A stretch of DNA of 60,433 nt, filler included, from Platydemus manokwari (GCA_037951405.1; 6 parts of 6 records of this genome joined end to end with filler, not necessarily neighbours in it); one strand, 5' to 3'. Counted from the whole stretch's first letter, positions 27,573-41,499 are shown. Numbers and translations are program-made. The notes: generated by a model not told the origin, from the letters alone.

Positions 27573-30372
27573 TCATGTTTTGTTATTTTTTAATTTGTTT
27601 TCCGATGTTTTTTCTTTCCATAATAATCCTGCTTCGCGGGCCTTGTCTTTAATTTTGGTCAAATTAATAATGGGCAACTGCTTAGCGGATTTTCTAACTT
27701 CTTGTTCATCATCTTTGATTGAATCATCAAGACTGTGGGCAACTGAGGAAGTCTACAAAAATTATTATAAAACATCAAAGATTCTAAAAATTATTTTTAA
27801 TAATGCTAGTGTTAAAAATATTCTATCGCAATAATTGGAATATAAATTGTAACCAATTCAGGACGAGAATGACAAAATAAGAATGTTGAGAGTAATAATA
27901 GTGAAGTCCAATCTCAATAACACCATGTCCAAAAAATTCTAAATGTTATGAAATGTTCAATAATATATGACAACATTTACAAGATTATGCGCGTCTCACC
28001 ATATTAGCTTCAATACATTTTCAACCAACCCAAACTTTTCGAGATTTGAAAAACTTAATTTCATTTATCGTATACATAAATTGTTTTCATTATTACTTGC
28101 CATATTTAAATTATGTTTGCTAATCTTTATTTCTATGATAATAATTGAACCTTATTTGTCTTTGGAATTACTTGAATTTTTATATTTTGATTTATGTTTC
28201 TGCTGAAATAAATAATAATTCAAATTCTACAAAAGTTGCTGTAAATTGGGTCAGTGCGTGAATTCTAAATGGGTATTTAAATATAAAGCTCGTTAAACCC
28301 AACTAGAAATAAAAGTATAAAAAATATATGTACGACATACGAATAATTTTTTGTAAAACTACGTAGTGTGTTTATTGTTGTGTGACTTTGTTAAGTTAAA
28401 TAACCTCTACACAAAAAGAAATATAATAATTAAAAAATTCAGTCTCTCTCTCTATATATAAATATATCCTAGTAAGTTATTGACATTGTGAGGATGTATA
28501 AACGGTCCTATCGGATGAAAAGTAAAGAATTGAGACATCAAGTCAACACACATGTATCTAACCAGTATCTGTAAGTCCTTTATAGTCGATAACTTTTATC
28601 TGTGTGACTTTTACTTGGTTTTTAACAACTAGTCTTTCTCATTGTTATATTTGTCACGATTTAACCTTAGCCTTCTGATTCCTCCTTGTATTGATTATTA
28701 AATAATGAGTGACTTTGGATCGCGATTGTTTCACTTTTTGGTTCCTGCAAATTACTTATATCTTCGATTATAATTTTGGCATTTATCGACAGTTAATATT
28801 AGGAGCAAATCTATCTATAAATTAAAATAAAGCGGCGAAATAAATAAATATTGACCAATTGAAGATATAAATATATTCCTTCAAACTCATTAACAAGCCT
28901 CCTGATTGACTGAATTAATTAATAAAAACATTGAGATGAGATTGAAGTCTGCACGTATATCTCTTTTTATTTTTGACTTATTTATTCTTATGTTTAGTAT
29001 CACCGGTGTAGAGCACAACAATACTCGTTGTCTAATAAAACTAATCTGACTCCAAAGAACAAGTCTATCACTTAGATATATTATTTAATACAATTTACAA
29101 GGTTCTGTACAAATATCGCAAGGATCAAACTTTGAAATAAAATAGTCAAATTAAAACAAACCAAATTCGTATTCGTCTTGATATTACAGGCTGAGGATCT
29201 GCTCTTAGTCTGACTACAACTAGCGTAGATATTATCACTGTACAATTAATACCAGCGTTCGTAAATACGCTTACGTAAGCTCAATACTTTATATTAATTT
29301 TCTACTTACCGATATTTGAAATAACTATTCTCGAAAATCTAATACAGTTTCAATCTGATACAATAACAAAACTCGGGGTTACTGTCCTCAAAAATCACAA
29401 ATTTACATAAATAAAAAAATAACCTGTAATAATATTGATTCTCTGAATTCATTTTCCGAAAACTAATTCAAATATTTTTCTTCGCTTTATAATGGCAATC
29501 GTCTTCTGATTGTCATTCTTTAAATACATAATTTTACTAACACGACTGTGCAGCAAATTTTTTACTATGAGGTTGACATCCAATATCAATAACTATCAAT
29601 AATCAATAATTTTCTAATTATGAAATTATTTATTAATTTGATATTTTAGTTTATTTAAACAAACCTAAATATTTAAATTAATAATTTTGTCAATTATTTT
29701 TATTATTATTTAACTTTAATATTTATTTAAGAAATAATAATAATTTTTATTAATTATTATTCTCTTTTATTTTTATTTATTTATTTTATCTTCAGACATT
29801 TCTACTTTGATTATTTTCAGTTGTTTTGATTAATTTATTTTTACTATCTTGTTTTAATTATTTTTAGTTGGTGGGCTCTTCAATTTTATTTTTTACCAAA
29901 CCTTATCAATTTATACTGTGTTAATAATTTTTCTAGAAAAAAAGTATATTCACTCAATAATAATTATGAAAATCAAGATTATTTATTTATTTATCTTTTC
30001 AATTTTCAATAGCTGTGATGAAAAGATAAATATCAAGGTGAGCCGAAATAGACTGGGATATATATTTTTATCACTGATTAATCATATTCAATTCTTGAAA
30101 TCTGCACTTCATTTAATATTAAATTTTACCTCGACAACAATCTCATTCACTAGTTTCAAATCCTCTTTCAAATCGTTTCTGTCACTGACCAAGAAAGGGT
30201 TCTGACCAATTTTGTTTAGTCTTTCCGCAGCTATACTTTCCATAGTTCGTCTCATTAAAGGGTAATGCTCTAAAACATCGAGGAAACTTTCCCGATCCAA
30301 AGAATAAAGGTTGCAGTATGTTTCTGCTTTAACGGTAGCTACTCGGCGAGTATTAGCAAGTAAACATATCTC
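27573..30372 (-). CDS. Last exons of a hyperpolarization-activated cyclic nucleotide-gated (HCN/Ih) channel
   Basis: Exon 30372-30130 reads EICLLANTRRVATVKAETYCNLYSLDRESFLDVLEHYPLMRRTMESIAAERLNKIGQNP (end of the CNBD). A phase-0 terminal exon 27752-27573 ends in TGA. Confidence 0.85.
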
Positions 30373-30691
30373 TAAATATAATATTTATAAATAAATAAAA
30401 TTAATTATTAGATAATAATAATATATCTGTGACTAGGTTAACGTATCTAATCTAAGCTATAGCTTGATGAATTGATAATACTGATAATAATAGAGTAATA
30501 AAAATAACAATATCAGAATTTAAAATAGTAAAAAGGACAATCTTGATAAATGAACGTAACAAATACATTTAGCGCAATTCTATGTATGAGGNNNNNNNNN
30601 NNNNNNNNNNNNNNNNNNNNNNNNNNNNNNNNNNNTTAATTAATTAANNNNNNNNNNNNNNNNNNNNNNNNNNNNNNNNNNNNNNNNNNNN

Positions 30692-30768
30692 TGATACGTA
30701 CTGTCATGCACACATTTTTCAATGTAAATTAATTGTTTTAATCAACTGGTTGGGCCAGAACCCCAACA
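30692..30768 (-). repeat. Repeat terminus, probably an LTR start, TGTTGGGGTTYTGGCCCAAC
   Basis: Homologous to 40497-40573 (shared tgttggggtt.tggcccaac.ag, atttacattgaaaaat, gcatg.cagtacgtat). A looser match starts at 46667 on the + strand. Confidence 0.6.
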
Positions 30769-32880
30769 ATTTGAACATTCGGGAACATCGCAATATTGCC
30801 AGCTATTTCCAACTGCGCACCAAGCTCTATTAGCCCCTTCTGTTGAACACAAATTATATTTTGTAGTTTTGTATTGAGAATATTGGCCAGAATCTTTCCA
30901 ATATTTACAAATATCACCCGTCTCAGCTACAGATTTAATTCCAGGATAAAATTGATTTTTCTTGTAGCAATCGATAAAGCAATCTGTTGATATTAATAAT
31001 GAAGTTGCTGATGACTATAATTAAGCAGTATATACTCAGATAAGTAGATATCATGATTTGATAATTATTGATTTCAATAATATTAACAATGATGAAATCA
31101 TTTTGTATTAAAAATTTAATTTTAAAATAAAGCACATGAAATTACCATCAACAGAGTTCTCATTTATATCCATTGAGATCTCTGCTTCTATTGTATTTGT
31201 TATCCTCAAAACTTTTATTTTATATTTGTTTAAAGATGAGATTATCCCGATATAATTCATTTCAATATTTTGTGATTGATTATCAAATCTTACGATTTCT
31301 TGAGTCTTACAAATCGATTTATCAACAATCATCTAGAAATATTGATAATCAATTCATCAATAATACATGATAATGATTTGACTGACTTTAGTCATTTCTG
31401 TACAATTGATATTGGAAACGATACTCGTAATACAATCACTCTGATCAATTTGATTGGTTAATTCAATGACAAATCCCATTGTTTCACATTGATTATCATT
31501 TTTCACATCTTCAAGAAGAACTTTTAATGAATTTACTGATATGAATTTTGCATTAACTTTAATATTAGAAATGGTTTCTGAACAAAAATATTTATGATAA
31601 AATCCACTGACAAACTATCATTGACCAAAGAGGGTTTACCAATTTGATGCTCATATGTTGCTGAAGCCAACTTTCCCATTCCTGCATTTTGACTCCATCC
31701 ATTTATCGGATAAACTGTAAACATATAAGTTCCACATCTATTAAATATATTTTTGTCGAAATAATGATGTGTATGATTGTTATCGAAAACACTAATATTA
31801 CGTTTAAACTATAATAAAATATCAATAAATGCATTATAGAATATTTAGATACATTTAGGCATATATTGATTTTTATTAAATTTATTTCTATTCGATATTT
31901 GATAATTTCTCCATTAGGTTTTGATGGTGGTTTATAATCAATATAAACACCAGAAGCTGAGTTTTGAACTCTGATATCTGTTACGGGATCACTTTCTTGA
32001 ACATTGTGAAAGTTATCAAATCTGAAATACTTTTACAAATATTTACCGCCTTCTTTTGTTTTGATTGACAGAGAATATGAATGAGATTGTTTGTTTTTAT
32101 TGAAAGTTGTTAGCAAAATATTGAGATCAGAATATGGAGGCAATTCTGTGGTATCAAGCGTCTTCAATGTCGGCCAAGTTAATATTGTTCTATTTGGACA
32201 AATATTATTGATTTTCACATCAACTAGAGTCTGAATAAATATTTCTAATAAACTCATTTACGATATCATTTATCAACCATTTTGATCACAACAACTCGAC
32301 ACAAATCTGATTCACCAGTAACATGAACAATATATGCTTGTGGAATATCATATTTGTATTCAGGTGGAGACCATGATATCGATATTCTATCACTTTCTGA
32401 TGTAGCTGTCACATTTGTTACTGGTCCAGTCATTATAAAATCTAAGAATCAGATTTTACAAATAAATCTGCTTGTTTTTCATTGATTATCGATTGCGCTA
32501 TACAGATTTGATACAAAGTTTTCTCTTTCAAATTTGTCACGACAATCGATGTTTGATTATTGATAATTTGTATCGTGTAGTTACCGTTGCTAATATATAT
32601 TGATTATTTAATTTAACAAAAGCTATGAACAGAACACTTACCGTTGAATGAAATAGATGAAATAAAACTGTATGTTATCAGACAATTGTTTCCAGAAAAA
32701 TGAAATATTTGTCAAATCATCTATAGCATTGATTTCGTCAAAATGGTAACTATTTCTTGTTCCTGTTCCTGATTGACAAGAAATATTAAATGATATTGGT
32801 AACTTAATGTTTTCCATTTTCACTTCTATTTCCAAATGTACGAGTTGGTTTTCTTGGCAATCGAATCTTATTCGCTTTTC
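30769..32880 (-). pseudogene. Disrupted multi-exon gene with divergent fibronectin type III repeats followed by a kringle domain
   Basis: FN3-like GPVTNVTATSESDRISISWSPP, YKPPSKPNGEIIKYRIE and TNLKEKTLYQI. Kringle-like exon 30983-30769 DCYKKNQFYPGIKSVAETGDICKYW...NLC...AWC...WQYCDVPEC. In-frame TAA at 32033-32035 and an unresolved frameshift near 32440. Confidence 0.65.
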
Positions 32881-32889
32881 ATACACATA

Positions 32890-34288
32890 CATTCATTTAA
32901 CATACATTCTCATTCATACATTCATTGTCAGTTAAATACCTACTTAAACCAAATTTATGGTTCCTAACACCTCCTTGTAAGCAAGAGCCTCGTCTTTTAA
33001 CGCAGTTTTGTCTGATTGATTCTCCATGTCTCTTTCAAACTCTTCATCATAGTCATTCATGACATTAAACTGCTTCGGTTCTCCAGATTGTGAATAGAAT
33101 GATTCTTTCGATTGTGGATCCAGTCTGTCTCGATTCTGAAAGTTCTAGAAGTGTCGTCGTGGGGGTTTACTGTTGCCATTTTCTCTTGGATATCTAGTAC
33201 TGGCTTGGGTGGATACTCTGCATTGATATTGGAAATGGCCATTTCTATAACAGTCAAAGCAGTTTACATTGTTGCATTGAGCTCTGATGTGTCCAAGTTG
33301 ACCGCAAGCCCAGCATCGTCGAGTTATTTTCCACGTGTTTGAATATCGTCCGTTTAGTGACTGTATTTTAGTTTCATGCTGACGACTTGAGAGTTGGCTT
33401 CTTCTAATTGGAGCATTCCATTGCTTAGCTTTCTTTGTTATATCTGCATATGACACTTTCTTATGAATCGCAGCAAGTGATTCTTCTCCATCGATTACTT
33501 TTTGTATGTCTTCTATCTTCTGAATGATGTCTTATGATGCATCAAGATCTGCAGTGAGGTTCATTTTAGGCTCGAACGCTTTTTCAAGCATCTCTTCAAA
33601 ACCTCTACCTTCGGTGGCCTCATATATTGGCAGTAATTCTATCGCGAGAAAAGTCTTCACCAGTGTTTCTTCGAATTCTCTTGACTGTTGAGTCAACTCG
33701 ATGAATCTCTTCCATTCTATAATGAATTTCTTCAAATCACTTTAAAGCTTCAACTGGTCTGGAGGCTTGATAAAATTCTGGACGTTGGTCGCCATGTTAC
33801 AAATAAGTCGTTTTAAACTGGATAATTTATTTAATACAATTACGATGTTATATACATCATTGTATTATTGGTGATGTAATAACGTGTTGTGAGGGTTATT
33901 GGATTGTAGCAACTGATAATTGCGCAATCACTAATCAACATGCGATCAAACAAACACACACATCATGCATACCACATTCACATTTACGAATTTCTCTTAC
34001 ATCATGCATTAAATTTAAAAACCATGCATTAAAATAATCACATAGAATTTTCTCTCTGCCATAGCAGAATTATTGGCAGAGAATTTCTAATGATATGAAA
34101 TTTCTAACTGTATGAAATGAATATTCGCAGAGAATTTCTGCGAATAAGTCATCGATGCCTATTTAAAGCAGTAAATGGAATTAACAAACACAACAACGAT
34201 CGCAAGACAGCAAAACATTAACACAATAGCAGTATCGATGCACAGTTATTCTATTGGCAGTGCGGTAATACATTATATCAGTATTACA
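32890..34288 (-). mobile_element. Degenerate gag-only LTR retroelement
   Basis: LTR-like segment TGTAAT(34288)...AATAAA...GTAACA, then PBS-like TGGCGACC (33794-33787), then a broken gag with two CCHC knuckles (CWACGQLGHIRAQC, CFDCYRNGHFQYQC), then a purine tract ACAAGGAGG and TGTTAG at 32969. Confidence 0.75.
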
Positions 34289-36400
34289 AACCGGTGGTAG
34301 AAAATTCAATTACCGATAGGGGATCCAGACTTTGTGTTTTCCTAGCACTCGTACTGGAAGAACATCAATTACATAGAAAGATAAAGTAAGATCCAATAAA
34401 TATGAAATCATCTATGATTTTTTCACAACCGCATATTCTTTCTATCTATAGGGTTGATCTTAAATACCTTGAAAAATCGGTTTTACACCTCTTAGAAGCA
34501 TTATTAACGGGAGCTTTTGCTATAATTTTTAAAAATCCGTCCGTTTATGTGTAAAGAAAAAGTTGTAAAAATTCAAACTTTAAAATTACAATAAAATAAA
34601 ACCATTGACCCCCAAAATCATCATATATATTATTAGAATTGAGAAACTCAAAATTTGATTATTTTTTCAGATTTTACAATATTTGTTTAAAGTATTTTCC
34701 AGAATGTTTTTGTAAAATTGTTATTTTCAAAATTATTAACAACCTCTAAATAAATTGTATTGATATTTTGAAAATTCTAATCACTATTCCGATTATTTTA
34801 CTAACTAATATTCTGATCGAGTGTTAAATCTTCGTTTGTATAATCGTTATTATATTGTCATTTTCAAAAGCTTGTAAAATATGAAAACAGTGTAGATATG
34901 GTGCTATAATTGTAAAATACAGAATAAATCTATTTTGTATTAATAAAATAATATTTTTAGAATGGTAGAAATTATGATTAAATTGAGGCAATGATGTGGT
35001 GTTGAAAGATCCAATTCAGAAACCAAACAAAATCAATCTAACATAAAAGTTATCGAGAAAATTTTAACGAAAACATTTACCGAGCAAAATTGAGTTTTGC
35101 ACAAGTAAAAGAAATTATTCGAAATAAAATGAAAAAGTATGAAGAATTGTAAATAAAATTCGGACAATTGATTTAAAGGAATAAATAACCATAAAGTTTG
35201 TGTTAATCACATAATATACTATGAGGACGAAAATCGAATTTAATCATTCATTTATTTTGAATTTAATTTTATATTATTTTAATAACTGCAAGAAAAAAAA
35301 TTAGAAAAAAGATTTAAGAGAGAGTTTAGTTGATGATTTCTAATATGGTTTCAGTTGAGTTTCATTCACATTCATTTCAATGTCAAAATGCTTTATAAAT
35401 TTCTGAAATTTCGATAAACTGTCAACTATTTTATATTTGAAAGAGGTGTCAAGTTATTGATTTGGTTCACAGAATAATTATATTAATTTGCAAATTTTTT
35501 TGCATGGGCTTTCAAGAATCTTGTATAAATATGAGGGTGTTTCTAGCGAAAATTATAAAAAATGCAAAGCAGAACATGCAATGCTTTTTGTTGACTTGTA
35601 ATTCAGAAAATTCAGAATTTGAAAAAATTAAATAATTGTGTAAGAAATAAAAATTGTTCAGTTTTTCTTACTTGCTATACGTTATAATTAAATGTGTGCA
35701 GGTAAATAATAGAATAGCAAGTTATCATTAGATCTATTACATCTTTTTAACTAAACTAACCAAAGTAAATTATTGTAAAATCATAGAAATTTGATATTCA
35801 CTGGTGAGATTCCAATATCTGATCTATTTGTTTATAAAACCAATAGTTCAGTTAGATTTCCTGGGTTAAAGATTAATTACAAATACCTTTCAACTCAATA
35901 AATTGTTGAGCGATTATTTCTATACACTAATTTGTTCATTACATGTCAGATAATATCATTATATCATTCGTGGAAAAACATCGGGTTCCATACTTTATAA
36001 CTACTATAAAGCTGTGTGTGCAATTTTATAGATCAATGGTTTACTTCATTTCAACCATCTTATAATGTCTTTGATTTTGCTATCTCATTTATTGGTATTG
36101 TGAGGCTTAAAATTTAAATTAAATTATTTTAAAATTATTAACGGATTGTAAAATGATTGAGTTTAATTTAATAATTTATAAAAAATATTTTTAATATATT
36201 ATATTGAAAATATTTATTACGTATTTTGCTCAGACATTTATTGTAACCTCTCATTTTAAAAAATTAATTTATTTAAAAAATTAAAATTTAAATATGTTAA
36301 GAATAATTTTAGATTAATTAAAGGAGGAATTTTTGTTTAGATAATATTGATTATGAAATATATTTTTACTCATTGAGAGTTATGAGTTTTGACTTTAACC

Positions 36401-36900
36401 TTAGAAGCAAAGAGGTGCTAGCAGCAAACATGGCGACCACGCACTTGGATGCAATCCTAGGTTCGCTGTTGCTCGATATATTCAAATTAGCAGATAACGT
36501 CGAGCACTTTATTAAAAAGTGTAATCGATATTTCGAGGCTGGGAAAATCTCAAAGCACGTTCAATACGCAATCGATTGGACGATTGTTTAGTCGAACAAT
36601 TTCAGGCGACGGACGCCAAAATGGGCTATGAGGACAGGCTGAGGAAGGGGTTTGGTCAAAAGAAATCCTTCGCTCAGGATTGGATGGAGGCTCTAAGTTT
36701 CAGGAGAAAGACCGCTTCGGCGGATGTCTATTTTAAAAGTGTAGATAAAATGGTGGAAGACATATTGTCTCACAAGTTAACTAAGGAGGAGCTAACGGCT
36801 TTCTTTTTGGTGTATTGTGCAAATGATGTGGAGTTTGAGGAAGAAATTAAAATGAGGAATATTAAAATGAGGGAACAACAACGGTCCAACTACTAGAGAT
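36401..36900 (+). mobile_element. LTR retroelement fragment: PBS plus broken gag N-terminus
   Basis: Same ACA|TGGCGACC junction as at 33795, followed by a GC-richer frameshifted ORF (DNVEHFIKKCNRYFE...) of gag-like character. Confidence 0.6.
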
Positions 36901-36905
36901 GAACA

Positions 36906-37611
36906 TCAAAAAATTAGCGAAAGTTTGAGCACAAACAGGGTAATAATATTCTCGAATTTTTTCATTTCTACTGGTGATATTTTCTCATTGCTGTTGGCAG
37001 CTTTTTCTAATATCTTACTTTTATTATGGACCCAATTCCAAACGTTACTTGCGACATGTCTCAAATTTATTTGCAATTTCTTGCAATGTAAATCCCTCTT
37101 CATACATTACAATTGCTTTCAATTTAAACTCGGCAGAAGCATAATGTTCTTTTCTTTCGAAGATTTCTTGACTTCCATTTAAAATGTTTTCTAATCTACT
37201 TATTATGTCTTTTGACAATTGATCAGTATTTTCGGATACTCTCTCCAATAATTTACTTTTATTTTTGATCCAATTTCGAACGCGTTGTTTAGAAAAATTT
37301 AATTTATCAGCTATTGCTTTATACGTCAATCCTTCTTGATACATTTCAATAGCTTTCAATTTAGTATCTAAAGAAAACATGCACTTGTTTAATTTCAAAT
37401 CATTTCTTGAACTGATTGCACTGTTTTTTATATTTTTAATATCGTTTGATATCATGTTTTCAGTTTCTTCATTCACTTTGATTCCATTATCGATTAAATA
37501 CATTAAGTGCTCAGAGAATTTTTCGAATTTATTCGGTATCTCGTTAAACTTAATTGTTTCATCATGATTTTCACTTGATTCTTTATTGTATATCACTGAT
37601 ATATTCTGCAT
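36906..37611 (-). pseudogene. Frameshifted ORF with two tandem helix-turn-helix (Brinker/CENP-B/psq-like) repeats
   Basis: FSLDTKLKAIEMYQEGLTYKAIADKLNFSKQRVRNWIKNKSKL and ASAEFKLKAIVMYEEGFTLQEIANKFET/..NWVHNKSKIL; frameshift near 37050. Confidence 0.65.
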
Positions 37612-39995
37612 ATTGTGATTTTTTAAATATCATTAAATTTCATTATTAAAATAAAACGAAAAATATAATAAAATTATTTTATTTGAAATACTATTGGTCT
37701 AAAATGTTTTAAAATACAAATTATGGCATATTAATAAGATAACGATATTATGATTTATATCATGAAGTTCGAATGTGAATAATAATACAACGATAAATGT
37801 GAAATAAAATTTGGGACAATCTCATTATTATCCTTATATAAATAAAAAAATTTTCATATCTAAGGCTATTGTTGATCTTATGTATTCAGAATTATTTCAT
37901 AATATCCAATATTTTCTAACAGATTTTTAACTGACATTGAATGAGAAAATCATAGTTTGACAATAACAATGAATTATCAAGTCAACTAACCAGCAAGTAC
38001 AATTTTAAATCACAATAGAAACATATAAGATATCAAGAAGGGATCAGTACCCTAAAAATGAATACAAAACATAAGATAACCATAAAGACTAGATTTCAAA
38101 AAAATTGCTAGAAAGTTACATAGATAGTTACTGACAAAATGCTAGCATTTGATAGCAAATTTCAACGCCTTTTATAAGCTAATGGTGATTGTTCTCTTTT
38201 TGTCTCAGAGCTTTGCTTATCATCTCATAGAGTCGTCCACAAGTCATTCTGTTAATAAGATATTCCTCCAACTGTTTTGTCATTGTTTTATTTATATTTA
38301 TTCTTTATCGTATATAGTTTTCCATTTCTTTATCATCTATTGTACAACAAAAGGCTTTGCATTTCAAACAAGCATCGTTTTCAATTAATATCTTTACATT
38401 ATATCCATATATTATCAATATTCCATCTTGAGAACAAACATTAAAACAAAATATTTTTAAACTCCTTCCTTTTTGTAGAACATTTAATGTCTTCAATTGA
38501 ATCTTATATATATTTTTATCAATTATTCAAGACACTAATTCTCATATTTATTTGATTTATCGAGAATTATACAATTTAATAAACTTTACAATTTTCAAAT
38601 GCTTTCAATATTTTCATTTCATAAAGTTGAGTTGAAAGAGTTAAATGATCTGGAAAGAATTACTTTCTAAAATAATGTTGTTATCAACATTATTTATTTT
38701 TTTAATTCAATTTCAACTTCATTACGTCAAGTTTGTTTTCAACAATTAAAAAATACTATCACTGGAATTATTTAAATTAGTTGCAGAAATTCCTGATGGA
38801 CTTATAAAAAACAGATCCTCTTTTCTCATCTCATGTGTAAATTCGTAAATAATATATAATTTTATAAAATAAAATTTTCTAGATTATTAACATTGCTATA
38901 TCTCATGTGTTAACATTTTTCTTCATTCGTATAATACATTGGTGGGGTTTTCTAATTCCATTTTCGTTTTTTTACAAAAAAATTTAAATTTCTTTTAAAT
39001 CTCTTACATTTTCTGATATCAAATGCTTTCACATAATGTCCTTAGAATAGTGTTTTTTAAATTCTGAACAACTATTTTCCTACCCGATATTTGAACCTAC
39101 CGAATAAATTGATAGTATATTTAATCCTGACGTTGTTATCGATTTCTTATTCATACTCAAATATTTAGAAAAATTTAATTATCTAAACTTTTGTGCTGAA
39201 ATACCTGAATTCTCCAGAAAACTTTCAAATAAGTTTTAATATTTGCTATTCTTAGCTGATGTGTGTGAATAATAAATTAATACATTATCTATTAATAACA
39301 TTATATTTTATTAAATCCATTGTTAAAGGAATTGCATTATCTTGTGTTGCACAAAAGAATTTTTAATTTTTATTTCCTTCTACGTGTTGATTAATTAGAT
39401 CTTGTACAACAAAGTCTGAAAAAGGTTAACAAAAATCAGAAATATCTTGATTTGACAAAATATTTGAAAATTGTTTTTCTTCATCATCTGTTTTTAGTTT
39501 ATCTCAAAGCAAACAATTTTTTAATTGGTCTTTTTTATTTATGTTAAAAGCATACATAGCCATTTATAAATATATATGATATTTTATATATTTTAAATGA
39601 CATAGATCACATAGAAGTATAGTACTCGCATAAATTTAGAATTGCAAGATGGATCTAGCTTATGTTTATCTTATATGAATACCTATATTGGGATTCATTT
39701 TATTATTTTTTGGTTTTTTAGTAGAATTTTGAAAGAAATGCATTTTTTATAATTTGAAGGTGATTAATAATACAGTTCATAATACAGAACTCCCTTGGGA
39801 TCCCACCAAATACAGAGAATTACCTTGGCAGCGTGAATATTCTTCTTCGGTGACGATTTGGCTGGTTGGCCTGGTTTCACATACGATTTTTTGCGNNNNN
39901 NNNNNNNNNNNNNNNNNNNNNNNNNNNNNNNNNNNNNNNTTAATTAATTAANNNNNNNNNNNNNNNNNNNNNNNNNNNNNNNNNNNNNNNNNNNN

Positions 39996-40290
39996 AGTGA
40001 CAGAATTCGTCTAATAATTTGTCGAGAGTTTGTGTCAGTGAAAATAATGGCAGTGTTGATTGAAATCACTGCATTATATAGGTAGCGTGGTTCACTCGCA
40101 GATATTGTCTACGATCAAATTTAATGCCAGTGAATTTATTCATTGGTGAGAGAAATTCTCTCTAAATAAATTTACTAGGCAGTGAAAATATCTCTCGATT
40201 AAATTTAATCGAGTAATATAATTTATTCTGCTTCAGAATTTCTATGCGCTAAGACAGATGATAATTAGTGCGCGATAACTTGTTGCGTGT
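39996..40290 (+). repeat. LTR-like sequence resembling 33900-34150 in the opposite orientation
   Basis: Shared AGARATTYT-type motifs; taattagtgcgcgataacttgttgc resembles the reverse complement of 33907-33936. Confidence 0.35.
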
Positions 40291-40573
40291 TAATTTTTAT
40301 AAATTAATTTATATTTTAGGGAATTTTGATGGATTTGGAATTGGTAATTTTATTTGTATTATAATTTTACAAAGATATAAATAATAACTGATATAAATAT
40401 GAATATTTTAGAGTAATTGTTGCTCAAAGAATCCGAGATATAAAAATACACACAAATTAAATAAAAATTGATACAATAAAAATTAATACATATTTTATAC
40501 GTACTGACATGCAAATATTGTACACATATTTTTCAATGTAAATTCACCGTCTAGTTGGGCCAAAACCCCAACA

Positions 40574-41463
40574 TTTTTATCAGTGGTGGTGGTTAAAGAG
40601 GCATTTATTATTATTGAAGTCGTATTCGTTTTAGAGGAATTTTCAATCGGTGAAGTTATGTTTGGTTTCGTCGTGGCTTGTTTTCTCTTTGTAGTCTGAT
40701 AAACAGTTGAGGCTATATCGGTTCTTGTCGATTTAATGAGCTTATTCATTGGCTGATATGCCGTGACACTATCTGAGTGCGCCCCGTCCAATCGACCGTA
40801 TTCTAAATAGATTATCTGGAGATACATTAGTTTTTCACCTTCCCATTCGATGAGTATGTTCCCGTCATTGTCTCCCGTACTGATTATTTGATCGAGTTTT
40901 TTGATAGTTATTATGGCTTGTATGCCGGTTGATGTCCTTCCTCTCCAGGTGATCATTACATAATGGATTGTTGCGCTTTTTTGTATGGCATCCTTTAGTA
41001 TATCTGGCATTGTTAATTTCACTGTAGTTGCTTTTAATTTAGTGTATATTATTGAAGTGAATACCGTTTTGGCTCTTAACCCGCTGATCTTTTTATAGAA
41101 TGTAAAAAACAATGACCATTTTCCCGTGGCTCTGCTTCCGCATTTTTTATCTTGTTTCCCATATTCCACTCTTGATTCAGTCTTATCCTGCCCCTCGTCT
41201 GAACTTATAGCTTTTAGTGGTGGTTTTATTCTACCTAAGATTGACCTGTGAATCATTGACCTTACAAATGAAACATTATAGTGATTTCCGGGTATTCTAT
41301 AAGTCTCAGGCACCATTCGTCAATATGATGCATATATCTCTATTTTATTTCCTTTTGCCCAGCGATCCCATTATCGCCACCCAACTTTCCAGTTGTGGTA
41401 GTTTTGTGAATTTGCCGTGGTAGTGTCTATTAGGCATCAAATCATCATGATCGTGAATATCCC
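40574..41463 (-). CDS. Extra (env-like) ORF downstream of the Gypsy integrase; damaged 5' end, truncated 3' end
   Basis: 273-codon intronless ORF on the same strand, directly after the pol end, with a Thr-rich mucin-like tail. It runs into the TGTTGGGG repeat at 40573. Confidence 0.45.
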
Positions 41464-41499
41464 ATGTCTTTTTTCCTATTGTATTGTATACCTGGCTGT

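Noticed and set aside
32033-32035. In-frame TAA suggesting stop-codon reassignment or readthrough
   Set aside because: Intact genes such as NSUN2 and the KCTD gene end in TAA and have no internal stops; this locus has other lesions.
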